Positions 12,661-22,113 of a stretch of DNA of 24,000 nucleotides are shown here, in pieces. The notes beneath the pieces are model-generated. The model had not been told where the DNA came from, did not search any database, and was given only the letters and a program-made list of their open reading frames with translations. The translations under genes and the position numbers were made by a program. The stretch comes from Candidatus Paceibacter normanii SCGC AAA255-P19 (GTDB lineage Bacteria; Patescibacteriota; Minisyncoccia; Minisyncoccales; Paceibacteraceae): NCBI GenBank assembly GCA_000398025.1, contig ASKX01000006.1, positions 14,759 through 38,758 on the forward strand, in the 5' to 3' direction. Numbering within the stretch: position 1 is the stretch's first letter; each line of letters begins with the position of its first letter.

Positions 12661-13839
12661 TTATAAATTTTTGATGATTTCAATGGCTTTGTCTAACTGA
12701 GGATCTCTATCTTCTTCATAATCTTCTTCGGTCATTTCTACTTTAATGTCTGGCTCCAAACCAACATCAGTAATAAGGTCACCTGTAGGAGTCAGCCATT
12801 TGGCTACGGTAATTTTTAGAGAGGATCCTCCTTTTAATTTTTCTAACTCTTGGACTGAACCTTTGCCAAAAGAGGTTTCCCCAATTATCTTTATACCACG
12901 ATTATCCCTTAAACTCCCAGCTAAAATCTCTGTTCCTGAGGCTGACCCCTGGTTAATCAATACCACCAAAGGATAATTCGCTAATCTGGCTGGTCCTTTG
13001 CTTTTGTAAATTTTCTGCTCTTTTTTTTCGCCAAAATCCTCAATGGCCACAATTTCTCCTTTCTCTAAAAACCAACCGGCAATATCTTGGGCCACCTCCA
13101 AATATCCGCCAGGATTATTCCTTAGGTCCAAAATTATTTTTTGAGCCGAGCTTTCTAAAATTTCAATTGCCGCTCCCTGGAAATCAAAACCAGCTTTTTC
13201 AGTAAAGTGGTAAAGTTTAAGATAAGCAATCTCCTCTTCTTTTGTTTCCCACTTTAAGGAAGGAATTTCAATTATTGCTCTTTCAATTTCAATTTCTTTG
13301 GTTCCCTCCCAATCATCTCGGTAAATGGTCAGAGTAACCTTACTGCCTTTGGGCCCCCGAATAAGGTTAACCGCCTCGTCAATGGTTAAATCAGCAGTTA
13401 AAGTATCGTCTACCTTTATAATTTTATCTCCAGCCCTTAGCCCAGCTTCTTGGGCCGGCGTCCCCTCTAGGGGAGCGATTACCTGAAGCTGTCCCAATCT
13501 TTGACCAATTTCCATCCCTACTCCTTCAAAGGACCCTTTAACGTCTTCCATAAACCTTTTGGCATCTTCAGGGTTTAAAAAGACAGTATAGGGGTCCTCC
13601 AAAGATTTTACCATCCCAGAAATAGCTCCGTAAATAATTTGCTGAGTATCGAGCTCTTTTTTATTTACAAATTTCTCTTGGAGTTTATTATATGCCTCCC
13701 AAAAAAGAGAAAAGTCGAGATCTTCTGACGGACAAACCTTACATTGAGTTTTGCCAAAATAAATTCCCAAACCAAAACTGGCCAAGATAACAAAAATTAA
13801 AAGAAATAAAGTATAAAATCTTCTTAGATTTTTAACCAT
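12661..13839 (-). CDS. S41-family carboxy-terminal processing protease with a PDZ domain
   Basis: TM anchor, PDZ domain (GVGMEI...GTPAQEAGLRAGDKIIKVD), and catalytic blocks GSASGTEI and TSFGKGSVQ. I set the start at ATG 13839, because the ORF-track N-terminus (VVGSSPTGG) is a read-through of the tRNA. Confidence 0.9.
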   Translation of the reverse strand: MVKNLRRFYTLFLLIFVILASFGLGIYFGKTQCKVCPSEDLDFSLFWEAYNKLQEKFVNKKELDTQQIIYGAISGMVKSLEDPYTVFLNPEDAKRFMEDVKGSFEGVGMEIGQRLGQLQVIAPLEGTPAQEAGLRAGDKIIKVDDTLTADLTIDEAVNLIRGPKGSKVTLTIYRDDWEGTKEIEIERAIIEIPSLKWETKEEEIAYLKLYHFTEKAGFDFQGAAIEILESSAQKIILDLRNNPGGYLEVAQDIAGWFLEKGEIVAIEDFGEKKEQKIYKSKGPARLANYPLVVLINQGSASGTEILAGSLRDNRGIKIIGETSFGKGSVQELEKLKGGSSLKITVAKWLTPTGDLITDVGLEPDIKVEMTEEDYEEDRDPQLDKAIEIIKNL

Positions 13840-13853
13840 AAAATAAAGTTTAG

Positions 13854-13926
13854 TGCCCCCTGTAGGACTCGAACCTACAACCTTGTCCTTAAAAGGGACC
13901 TGCTCTACCAATTGAGCTAAAGGGGC
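13854..13926 (-). tRNA. tRNA-Lys (anticodon UUU), no encoded CCA
   Basis: The minus strand folds as GCCCCTT TA GCTC AATTGGTA GAGC A GGTCC CTTTTAA GGACA AGGTT GTAGG TTCGAGT CCTAC AGGGGGC A. This is a full cloverleaf with a 7-bp acceptor stem (one G-U pair). Confidence 0.9.
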
Positions 13927-13929
13927 AAC

Positions 13930-15012
13930 TTAAATGTCTTCTTCTCTCAGTTTTTCTAATAGCTCTTTTTGTTTTTTTGTCAACCTCTTGGGGATTTTTA
14001 TTACCAACTCTACATACATGTCTCCCCGCCCATAACCCGAAAAGTGAGGAATCCCCTTTCCCGAAATCCGTAAAATCTTACCAGATTCTGTGCCGGCGGG
14101 AACTTTAAGCAAAATTTTAGTCCCAGACAAAGTAGAGGTTTCAATTTCATCTCCTAAAACTGCTTGTGAGAAAGAAACGGGAACCTTTACATGCAAATCA
14201 TCTCCTTTTCTCTTAAAAGCCGGGTGGGGCTTAACAAATATCCTTACATACAAATCTCCTGGTCTTCCTCCTCGCTTTCCGGCTTCTCCCTTCTCTTCAA
14301 TTTTTATCACTTGGTTACCGTCTACTCCAGCTGGAATAAAAATTTTAATTTTTTCCTCTCCTTTAGCTCTTCCTTCGCCCTGGCAAACATTACAAGGTTT
14401 TTCTGGCCGAAACCCTTCGCCGCCACATTCTGGACAGGTAACATAATGAGTAAAAGAGCCAAAAGGTGTTTTTTTAATTTGCTGAACTTGACCAGTTCCT
14501 CGACAGGAAAAGCATTCTTTAATGGACGTGCTTGGTTCAGCTCCAGTTCCTTGACAGCGAGAACAGATAATTGGTTTAGATAAAGAAATTTCTTTCTCTT
14601 TTCCTTGTAAAACATCTTCTAAAGAAACTTCCATTCCCACTTCAATATTTTTCCCCCGACGGAGGTCTTTTTTTCTTCGGGGAGTCCCAAAACCAAAAAT
14701 TTCTTCCATCACATCTCCCAAGTCCTCGAAGTCAAAATCAAAGCCCATCTCAGGCCTTCCCCAGGCCCATTGAAAATCAGAACCAGGATCTGCTCCTACT
14801 CCTCCTTCAAAAACTCGACCAAATCTGTCGTATTGGGATCTCTTTTCTTTGTCAGAAAGAATCTGATAAGCCTCGTTTATCTCTTTGAACTTTTTTTCAT
14901 CACCTCCTTTGTCTGGATGATGTTTATGAGCCAGCTTCCGATAGGCCTTTCTTACCTCGTCTGGGGAGGCGTCTCTAGAAATGCCTAAAATTTGATAAAA
15001 ATCCTTATTCAT
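13930..15012 (-). CDS. dnaJ: molecular chaperone DnaJ
   Basis: J-domain (DFYQILGI...HHPDK), a G/F region and four CxxCxGxG zinc-finger repeats. The start at 15012 (MNKDFY) is preferred over the ORF-track start at 15033. Confidence 0.95.
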   Translation of the reverse strand: MNKDFYQILGISRDASPDEVRKAYRKLAHKHHPDKGGDEKKFKEINEAYQILSDKEKRSQYDRFGRVFEGGVGADPGSDFQWAWGRPEMGFDFDFEDLGDVMEEIFGFGTPRRKKDLRRGKNIEVGMEVSLEDVLQGKEKEISLSKPIICSRCQGTGAEPSTSIKECFSCRGTGQVQQIKKTPFGSFTHYVTCPECGGEGFRPEKPCNVCQGEGRAKGEEKIKIFIPAGVDGNQVIKIEEKGEAGKRGGRPGDLYVRIFVKPHPAFKRKGDDLHVKVPVSFSQAVLGDEIETSTLSGTKILLKVPAGTESGKILRISGKGIPHFSGYGRGDMYVELVIKIPKRLTKKQKELLEKLREEDI

Positions 15013-15046
15013 CGAGCTTTCATTCTTTAACATTAATAATATATGC

Positions 15047-15102
15047 GAAAGCGAAGATAAAGATGAAGGGAAACCCCGCGGGGGGGGGCAAACTTCATCG
15101 CT
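15047..15102 (+). repeat. hairpin-repeat family copy with an expanded loop and a G9 tract
   Basis: GAAAGCGAAGATAAA, then GATGAAG (15062-15068), a 24-nt loop containing CCCCGCGGGG and G x9 (15080-15088), then CTTCATC (15093-15099) and GCT. Confidence 0.7.
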
Positions 15103-15105
15103 TAA

Positions 15106-16977
15106 CTATTTTTCTTTGTACTCTCCTTCTTCTGGGCCTTTCCCTTCTTCGTCTTGCGGCTTCTCTTTTTCTTGCGCCGTCTTGTATAGTTCGGCTCCTA
15201 CTTTCTGAATAGTTTGGGAGAGCTCTGAGGTTTTGCTCTTTATTTCTTCTATGTTATCGGTGTCCTTTACTTTTTTCAAGGCCTCAACCTTTTCTTCAAT
15301 TTCCTTTTTTACGTCGGGAGAAACCTTGTCTCCAGCTTCTCTTAAGGTCTTTTCAGTGGTGTAAATTAAGTTGTCAGCCATATTTTTTGTCTCAACTAAC
15401 TCTTGTTTTTTTCTATCTTCGTTAACGTGTAGCTCGGCTTCTTTTTTCATTTGTTCTACTTCCTCTTTGGAAATACCGGTAGAGGCCTCAATCCTAATCG
15501 ATTGGCTCTTGTCAGTGGCTTTATCCTTAGCTGTAACATTTAAAATACCATTGGCGTCGATATCGAAGGTTACCTCAATTTGAGGAATTCCCCGGGGAGC
15601 TGGCGGAAGACCATCTAAAATGAACTTGCCCAGGGTTTTGTTGTCAGTTGCCATTGGCCGCTCACCCTGTAAAACATGGACTTCAACAGAAGTTTGATTC
15701 TCGGCAGCCGTAGAAAATATCTGGGTTTTAGCCGTGGGAATGGTAGTGTTTTTAGGGATTAAGATAGTGTTAACTTCGCCTAAGGTTTCTATCCCCAAAG
15801 AAAGCGGGGTTACATCTAAAAGCAAAACGTCTTTTACTTCCCCTTGCATAATCCCAGCTTGAACAGCTGCTCCAATGGCCACCACTTCATCGGGATTAAT
15901 GGATCTGTTAGCTTCTTTGCCAAAAATATTTTTAATCTCAGTTTGAATTTTAGGTGTTCTGGTTTGGCCGCCAACCAAAACAACTTCATCAATATCTTTG
16001 GGCTCCAGTTTTGCTTCTTTTAAGGTTTGCTTAACTAATTCAATGGATTGGGAAATATAATCTGAAACTAAATCTTCAAGCTTGGCTCTAGTTAATTTGT
16101 AATAAAGATGTTTGGGACCAGCCGTGTCAGAAGTGATGAAGGGCAGGTTAATTTCTGTTTCCAAAGTAGTCGATAGTTCAATTTTGGCTCGCTCAGCAGC
16201 TTCCTTTAATCTTTGGAGGGCCAGTTGGTCTTTTGACAAATCAATTCCCTGATCTTTTTTGAATTCAGAAACCAGCCAGCCCATAATCCTTTGATCAAAA
16301 TCGTCACCACCCAAGTGGGTATCGCCACCAGTGGCTTTTACCTCTACCGTATCTTCAGAAACATCAAGAATAGAAATATCAAAAGTTCCACCGCCAAAAT
16401 CATAAACCACAATTTTCCTTTCGCCTTTCCTAGTTAAGCCATAAGCTAGGGCGGCGGCCGTGGGTTCATTTATCACTCTTTTTACTTCAAACCCGGCGAT
16501 TTCGCCAGCCACTTTAGTAGCTTTTCTTTGGCTGTCATCAAAGTAAGCTGGGCAGGTAATAATGGCTTCGTTAATTTTTTCTCCCAGTTTTTCTTCGGCA
16601 TCCTGTTTTAATTTCTGTAAAATCATGGCTGAAATTTCGGGGGGTGTGTGCCATTTGTCTCCCATCTTAACTTCCACTCCGCCATCTTGTCTTTCTCGAA
16701 TTTCGTAAGGTAAAAGTTTTTTATCTCGCTGGACTTCGGCATCAGAAAATCTTCTTCCCATTAGCCGCTTAATAGAATAAATAGTGTTTTGATGATTGGT
16801 AATTTGTTGCCTTCTGGCCGTAATTCCCACTAATCTTTCACTGTTTTTAGTTAAAGCCACCACCGAGGGCGTGGTTCTGGCTCCTTCTTTGTTCTCAATA
16901 ATTTTGGGCTCACCGGCTTCCACCACGGCCATGGCGGAAAAGGTAGTCCCCAAATCAATACCTAAAATCTTTGGCAT
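15106..16977 (-). CDS. dnaK: molecular chaperone DnaK (Hsp70)
   Basis: 623 aa with [17 protein letters not shown] and VLVGGQTR signatures. The stop is TAG. Confidence 0.98.
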   Translation of the reverse strand: MPKILGIDLGTTFSAMAVVEAGEPKIIENKEGARTTPSVVALTKNSERLVGITARRQQITNHQNTIYSIKRLMGRRFSDAEVQRDKKLLPYEIRERQDGGVEVKMGDKWHTPPEISAMILQKLKQDAEEKLGEKINEAIITCPAYFDDSQRKATKVAGEIAGFEVKRVINEPTAAALAYGLTRKGERKIVVYDFGGGTFDISILDVSEDTVEVKATGGDTHLGGDDFDQRIMGWLVSEFKKDQGIDLSKDQLALQRLKEAAERAKIELSTTLETEINLPFITSDTAGPKHLYYKLTRAKLEDLVSDYISQSIELVKQTLKEAKLEPKDIDEVVLVGGQTRTPKIQTEIKNIFGKEANRSINPDEVVAIGAAVQAGIMQGEVKDVLLLDVTPLSLGIETLGEVNTILIPKNTTIPTAKTQIFSTAAENQTSVEVHVLQGERPMATDNKTLGKFILDGLPPAPRGIPQIEVTFDIDANGILNVTAKDKATDKSQSIRIEASTGISKEEVEQMKKEAELHVNEDRKKQELVETKNMADNLIYTTEKTLREAGDKVSPDVKKEIEEKVEALKKVKDTDNIEEIKSKTSELSQTIQKVGAELYKTAQEKEKPQDEEGKGPEEGEYKEK

Positions 16978-16997
16978 ATTATTTATTCTTTATGTTT

Positions 16998-17543
16998 TTA
17001 ATCTTTATTCCACTTCGTGACCTTGACTTTAGCAGGGCGTAAAACCTTGCCTTGAATAGTATAGCCCCTTTGAGTCTCTTCTAAAACCGTTCCTGGTTCT
17101 ACCTCTCCTTCTTCAACCATCTCCACTGCTTCTTGAAAATTAGGGTCAAACTTTTTTCCAACTGATTTTATTTCCTCTACTCCTTGGTTTTTTAGAAAAT
17201 CTTGGAGCTGAGTTTTAATCTGTAAAAGTCCCTTTACCTGTTCGTCATCTTTCAAATCTTCGGACAACTTTTTCTCCACAAGTTCAAAATTATCTAAGAT
17301 TGGCAGAATTTTCAAGATTAATTCCTCTCCGGCATACTTTAAAAATTCAGAAATCCTCTCAATTTCCTCTTTTTTATAGTTCAGGAAATCGGCCCGAGCT
17401 CTCTGCCAGCCAGCCAAATATTCTTCGGTTTTCTTCTGGCATTCTTCCAACTCCCGAGATATATCGACGGGGGAAGATGAATCTTTAGATTCATCGCCCT
17501 CTTTCTTAAATTCCTCTGGAGTTAGCTCCTTTTGGGTCTCCAT
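16998..17543 (-). CDS. grpE: nucleotide exchange factor GrpE
   Basis: RARADFLNYKKE and FDPNFQEAV motifs, and a position upstream of dnaK in the same orientation. Confidence 0.95.
   Translation of the reverse strand: METQKELTPEEFKKEGDESKDSSSPVDISRELEECQKKTEEYLAGWQRARADFLNYKKEEIERISEFLKYAGEELILKILPILDNFELVEKKLSEDLKDDEQVKGLLQIKTQLQDFLKNQGVEEIKSVGKKFDPNFQEAVEMVEEGEVEPGTVLEETQRGYTIQGKVLRPAKVKVTKWNKD
17465..17498 (+). repeat. hairpin-repeat family copy embedded in the grpE coding sequence
   Basis: CGACGGGGGAA, then GATGAATC / ttta / GATTCATC, then GCC. grpE reads it as EGDESKDSSSPV. Confidence 0.65.
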
Positions 17544-17551
17544 ATCTAACT

Positions 17552-17580
17552 ATTATACTAAAAATCTGATTAGGAATCAA
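17552..17580 (-). promoter_or_regulatory. sigma70-like promoter of grpE-dnaK-dnaJ, giving a near-leaderless start
   Basis: On the minus strand: TTGATT (17580-17575), a 17-nt spacer, TATAAT (17557-17552), then 8 nt to the ATG at 17543. Confidence 0.55.
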
Positions 17581-17630
17581 TGCCTCCTATGTTTTCAAAG
17601 ACGAATTTGCTAAAATAGTATAATATGCTC

Positions 17631-17655
17631 AATGAGTCTTCGCTTCATTTCGATC
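17631..17655 (+). repeat. hairpin-repeat family copy (AATGAA subfamily, weaker)
   Basis: AATGAG / tcttcgc / TTCATT followed by TCGATC. It lies in the corA leader. Confidence 0.45.
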
Positions 17656-17680
17656 TTCAATAAATTTTCAATTTATTTCG

Positions 17681-18592
17681 ATGCGTAATGTCATTAAGGG
17701 ACCAAAAGTAACCTGGGTCGACATTCAAGATCCTACTGAAAAAGATATCAAATATTTAAAAAGGAACTTTAACCTCCATCCTTTAGTTTTGGGCGAGTTG
17801 ATTCCTCCTGGTCATCGGCCAAAAGTGGAGCATTACAAAAACTATCTCTTTATGATTTTTTATTACCCGGTTTATAGCAAAGAGGAAAGGGAAACCAGAC
17901 CCAGAGAACTGGATATCATTGTCACCAAAAATGTTTTAATCACCAGCCACTACAAATCAATCCTTCCTTTAAAATCTCTTTTTGATGCTTGTAATCTTTA
18001 CCAAGAAACTCAACAAAGATATTTAGCCCGGAGCGCAGGCTATCTTCTTTTCCATTTACTGAGTAGGTTTTGGAAAAGTTGCTTAACTAAATTAGACCGA
18101 ATCGATGCCAAAATAGAAACCATTGAAAAAGAAATTTTTCAAGGGAAAGAAAAAGAAATGGTCTGGGAAATTTCTTTAGTCAAAACTGATATCATTAATT
18201 TTTGGCGAATTGTTGAACCGCAAGCAGAAATCTTAGAATCTCTTTCCAAAGAAGGGCCGGCTTTCTTTGGGCAAAAACTTGCTCCTTATTTTATTGACAT
18301 CATCGGTACCTGTGGAAAGGCCTGTAACAGTTTAATAACCTACAAGGAAACAATCTTAGCCCTAGAAGATACTAATCAATCTTTGCTTTCCACCAAAACT
18401 AACGAAATTATCAGGATTTTAACTGTCTTTTCAATAGTTCTTTTACCCTTAACTCTTTTAGCTTCAATCTGGGGAATGAACGTTTTTCTTCCCTTCGCTG
18501 ATTCCTCAAGTGGTTTCTGGATAATTTTACTGATAATGGTGGGTTTAATGGGCTTTTTAATTGCTTATTTTAGAAAAAAACGATGGCTCTAA
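17681..18592 (+). CDS. corA: CorA-family magnesium/cobalt transporter
   Basis: 303 aa with two C-terminal TM helices and the GMN signature (IWGMNVFLPF). Confidence 0.9.
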   Translation: MRNVIKGPKVTWVDIQDPTEKDIKYLKRNFNLHPLVLGELIPPGHRPKVEHYKNYLFMIFYYPVYSKEERETRPRELDIIVTKNVLITSHYKSILPLKSLFDACNLYQETQQRYLARSAGYLLFHLLSRFWKSCLTKLDRIDAKIETIEKEIFQGKEKEMVWEISLVKTDIINFWRIVEPQAEILESLSKEGPAFFGQKLAPYFIDIIGTCGKACNSLITYKETILALEDTNQSLLSTKTNEIIRILTVFSIVLLPLTLLASIWGMNVFLPFADSSSGFWIILLIMVGLMGFLIAYFRKKRWL

Positions 18593-20301
18593 ACAACCGC
18601 ACCACAAATGTTCTGGCTGGAGTATTGCTTTTTTTAATGCTGGCTCTAGCTGTTGGCAGCATCAGAAATGACTCTTTGACTATGGACGAATTAGCCCACC
18701 TGCCAGCCGGCTATAGCTATTTAACCCAGCAAGACATGAGGCTCAATCCTGAACACCCTCCTTTGATCAAAGATTTAGCTGCCCTGCCTTTGCTTTTCAT
18801 CAAAGATATAAAATTCCCTTCAGAAATAAAGGCCTGGCAAGAAGATATTAACGGCCAGTGGGAATTTGGCTCTCATTTCCTTTATCAAAGTGACAACCCG
18901 GCAGAGAAAATGATTTTTTGGGGAAGAATTCCCATGATCTTAATTTTAATTTTGCTGGGCTTTTATATCTTCAAATGGGCCCGAGAACTATTTGGAAACA
19001 AAGCTGCCTTGCTGGCTTTATTTTTCTTTTCTTTTTCGCCAACCTTCTTAGCTCATGGTCGGTTAGTCACCACTGACGTGGGAGCGGCCGCCGGCGTGTT
19101 TATTGCTACTTATTATTTTATTAAAGCCTTAAAATGGCCCAATAAAAGAAATATTATTTTAGCTGGAGTAGCTTTGGGAATAGCTGAACTTTGTAAATTT
19201 TCAGTAATTCTTTTACTTCCTTTTTTTGTTTTTTTGGCGCTGGCTTGGTGGCTGGTTAAATTAGGAAGTTGGAAACGAACCCTTAAGATTTTAGTCTTAA
19301 TTCTAGTTATCGGTTATCTCCTAATTTGGCCGGTTTATCAATATCATGTCTGGGGATATCCTGAAGAAAGACAAGTTAACGATGCCCAAGATTTTCTAGC
19401 CGCTTACCCCGATTTAATTAAACAACCCATCATTTGGGCGGCTGACAAACCAATCTTGAGGCCTTACGCCCAATACTTAACTGGTTTATTTATGGTCTTC
19501 CATCGAGCCTCCTTCGGTCACACTACTTATTTTCTAGGAGAAGTCTCAAATTTGGGCTGGAAAAATTATTTTCCAGTTGTTTATTCGATAAAAGTGCCTC
19601 TGGCCTTTCATCTTCTCACTCTAATTGCCCTCCTCTATGCCGCCTATCAAATTAAAAGACCTCTTTGGCTAAGAAACCATTTCCCAGAATTTGCTATGTT
19701 GGTTTTTATCGGAATCTATTGGCTAACCAGCCTGACCAGCAGTCTTAACATTGGCGTTCGCCATCTTCTGCCGGTCTTTCCTTTTGCTTTTCTTTTGGTC
19801 AGCGGAATGGTTATTAATTTTACAGGAAAGGCGCCATTCTCAAAATTGAAATATGTTGGACTAGCCCTCTTACTCCTTTGGCAGGTAGCTTCAGTGGCTT
19901 CAATTTACCCTCATTTTCTGGCTTATTTTAACGAATTAGTTGGCGGGCCAGATCGAGGATATGTCTATACTGTAGATTCTAATCTTGATTGGGGTCAAGA
20001 TTTAAAAAGATTAAAAAGCTGGGTAGAGAAAAAAGGAATTGATAAAGTTTACGTTGATTATTTCGGCGGAAGTAGTCCTGAATACTATCTGAAAGAAAAA
20101 TTTTCCCCTTGGCAGGGGCAAAGAGATCCAGCTGAATTTCCCAAAGGAAATTATTTAGCTATCTCGGCTACTTTTCTTCAAGGAGGGCGAGGTAAACCAG
20201 CTCCGGGATTTGACCAACCCACCGGGTGTTATCAATGGTTAGATGATTATCAACCGGTAGCTAAAATTGGTTACTCAATCTTTGTTTTCCGTATTGACTA
20301 A
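18583..20301 (+). CDS. GT39/ArnT-PMT-like polytopic glycosyltransferase
   Basis: 572 aa with many TM helices and an N-terminal loop motif SLTMDELAHLPAGYSY (DE...H), typical of lipid-carrier-dependent glycosyltransferases. Its ATG overlaps the corA stop by 10 nt. Confidence 0.8.
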   Translation: MALNNRTTNVLAGVLLFLMLALAVGSIRNDSLTMDELAHLPAGYSYLTQQDMRLNPEHPPLIKDLAALPLLFIKDIKFPSEIKAWQEDINGQWEFGSHFLYQSDNPAEKMIFWGRIPMILILILLGFYIFKWARELFGNKAALLALFFFSFSPTFLAHGRLVTTDVGAAAGVFIATYYFIKALKWPNKRNIILAGVALGIAELCKFSVILLLPFFVFLALAWWLVKLGSWKRTLKILVLILVIGYLLIWPVYQYHVWGYPEERQVNDAQDFLAAYPDLIKQPIIWAADKPILRPYAQYLTGLFMVFHRASFGHTTYFLGEVSNLGWKNYFPVVYSIKVPLAFHLLTLIALLYAAYQIKRPLWLRNHFPEFAMLVFIGIYWLTSLTSSLNIGVRHLLPVFPFAFLLVSGMVINFTGKAPFSKLKYVGLALLLLWQVASVASIYPHFLAYFNELVGGPDRGYVYTVDSNLDWGQDLKRLKSWVEKKGIDKVYVDYFGGSSPEYYLKEKFSPWQGQRDPAEFPKGNYLAISATFLQGGRGKPAPGFDQPTGCYQWLDDYQPVAKIGYSIFVFRID

Positions 20302-21105
20302 CTCTGGCTGTTTGTATTTGTAGGGAGCGAAATTGCCAAACCTTAACTCAATATGCTCCAAATCTTTCCTCCTCTCTGGAGGAATTTCTTTTTCTAAAAC
20401 CAAATTGAGTTTGGTTAACTGCCAATCTAAATCTTCTTGGGGACTAAAATAAATCTCCCAGCCTTCTAGAGTTTTAGCACGAAATTCATCTGAAAAAACG
20501 AGTATTTCTTCAACTTCTATTTTTAACTCGTTTATCAATCTTCTCTGAGCTTCTAAAATCTCCTCAAGATAATCTTTTTTAATTACTTCTTTTCCTAGCT
20601 CTAAAGGCGGCTTATTTTTCTTATCTATCATTTTAGCTAACTCTTCTTTGGGAGGACTTTCTTCAAAAATCACTCCTTCATTATCAAGCAAAAAACACTT
20701 TTCCTCCTGGCACCAAATTGCCAACTCCAATCTCTCCACTAATAAAAGGTGGAGGGCATCAGGGAACCCCCGCTTGATTTCTATTTCAGCTGCTTGGGGA
20801 AATTTATCTAAAATTTCTTCCCTTAAGGTTTTAGTGTTAACCAAGAAAATGCTTTTTGTTTTTAAAAATAAGATTTCGTTTTCTAATTTATTTTCGACTA
20901 ATGACTTAAGTTCTTCGTTAGAAACTCGCTTTTCGCCAGTGATGACAATTTTTTTAACCTGGAAGGTTTCCAAAAAGAAAAGTGAATAAAAAATAGCTCC
21001 AGCAAGAATCAGAGTTAAAATTACCAACCAAAAAGGACGACTGCGGAAAATTGATTTTTTCTTCTTTATCCGATAAGGTTTGCGAAAAGTTTTCTTCATT
21101 GGCAC
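20275..21105 (-). CDS. ftsQ: cell division protein FtsQ/DivIB-like (POTRA domain)
   Basis: Basic N-terminus, a single TM segment, then POTRA-like VKKIVITGEKRVSNEELKSLV. The ORF-track start at 21105 is GTG; ATG at 21099 is an alternative. Confidence 0.8.
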   Translation of the reverse strand: MPMKKTFRKPYRIKKKKSIFRSRPFWLVILTLILAGAIFYSLFFLETFQVKKIVITGEKRVSNEELKSLVENKLENEILFLKTKSIFLVNTKTLREEILDKFPQAAEIEIKRGFPDALHLLLVERLELAIWCQEEKCFLLDNEGVIFEESPPKEELAKMIDKKNKPPLELGKEVIKKDYLEEILEAQRRLINELKIEVEEILVFSDEFRAKTLEGWEIYFSPQEDLDWQLTKLNLVLEKEIPPERRKDLEHIELRFGNFAPYKYKQPELVNTENKD

Positions 21106-22113
21106 CTAAAGGCCCCTTTTTATACTTCTGGCCTTTTCAAAACCATAAACCAACCAATACCTTCGGGAAAATGGCAAATCTTGGGTTTTAACATATTGAT
21201 AGGCCCGACCTCCAAAGCCCATCTTAAAAAGAGTTGGGCCAGCCCAGGGATGACGAGGATTCTCCCAAGGATCAACATATCCCCAAAAATCGTATAAATT
21301 ACATCCTCGTCTTTTGGCTTCTTTGATTGCTTCCCAGGAAAGCAAGTAAGGAATTGAGAATTTGGCATATTTTGAGTTGGAAGCTGCTTGGTGATAAAAA
21401 CCTATTCCCGACCAATAAATAATTAGGGCTGTGGCTGCCGTTTCTCCTTTGTATTTTCCAAACAACAATAAGGCCTGGCCATCTTTAGAGAAAACATCAA
21501 ATTCATTTTTAATATATTCGAAAGGGAAAGACACAAACTTCTGCCTTTGGGCTACTTGGGTATTAAGCTTTTGGTAAGTTTCAATGTCATCTAACATTTC
21601 GCTTTTCCCCACTGTAATGTCTTGATTTTTTAAAGCCTGACGGATTAAATAACGGGTAGTTTTTCTCATATTCATTAAAAGCTCTTCTTTTGACGGGCTA
21701 AGGTTAAGCTTCCAGGTAGCCTCGTAAGCTGAAGCATGCATTGGCGCTTCTCTAAATCCCAACTCTTTAAGGAATTTTCTATTATTTCCGTTTCTATCAA
21801 GAAGTGGAGCCATTCTAATAAAACTTGCTTTTTCTTCTTTGGCAAGTTTCTTTAACTCCTTCAATAATGCTTCCAAGCCATTTCCAACTGGTCCATGTTG
21901 GATTAACAAAAATGTTCCTCTTTTAGCAACAACTTTCGTCACTAAGGCCACCCCAACTAATTTATCGCCTTGGAATACTCCAAATCGCCAAATTTTATTT
22001 CCCATTCTTTTTTGAAATTCTCCCCAATTCCAAGACTGCAAGAAAGTTTTTTCTTCACATTCTAAAAGAAAATCTTCCCAAACATTTTTATCAGCTATTT
22101 CCTTAATCTCCAT
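21106..22113 (-). CDS. FemAB-family peptidoglycan interpeptide-bridge aminoacyltransferase
   Basis: 335 aa. FLQSWNWGEFQKRMGN and the GFYHQAASN...YLLSWEAIKEAKRRGCNLYDFWG blocks are typical of the FemA/FemB/MurM family. Confidence 0.85.
   Translation of the reverse strand: MEIKEIADKNVWEDFLLECEEKTFLQSWNWGEFQKRMGNKIWRFGVFQGDKLVGVALVTKVVAKRGTFLLIQHGPVGNGLEALLKELKKLAKEEKASFIRMAPLLDRNGNNRKFLKELGFREAPMHASAYEATWKLNLSPSKEELLMNMRKTTRYLIRQALKNQDITVGKSEMLDDIETYQKLNTQVAQRQKFVSFPFEYIKNEFDVFSKDGQALLLFGKYKGETAATALIIYWSGIGFYHQAASNSKYAKFSIPYLLSWEAIKEAKRRGCNLYDFWGYVDPWENPRHPWAGPTLFKMGFGGRAYQYVKTQDLPFSRRYWLVYGFEKARSIKRGL

Noticed and set aside
13840-13911. N-terminal 24 residues of the 416-aa ORF-track protein (MVEQVPFKDKVVGSSPTGGTKLYF)
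   Set aside because: This stretch is the tRNA-Lys gene translated on the same strand (VVGSSPT corresponds to the T-arm). The protease starts at ATG 13839, just before its TM anchor.
17544-17680. Search for a CIRCE (TTAGCACTC-N9-GAGTGCTAA) HrcA operator upstream of grpE-dnaK-dnaJ
   Set aside because: Only a lone TTAGCA was found, with no inverted partner. The repeat found there belongs to the ATGAA/TTCAT hairpin family and lies in the corA leader.
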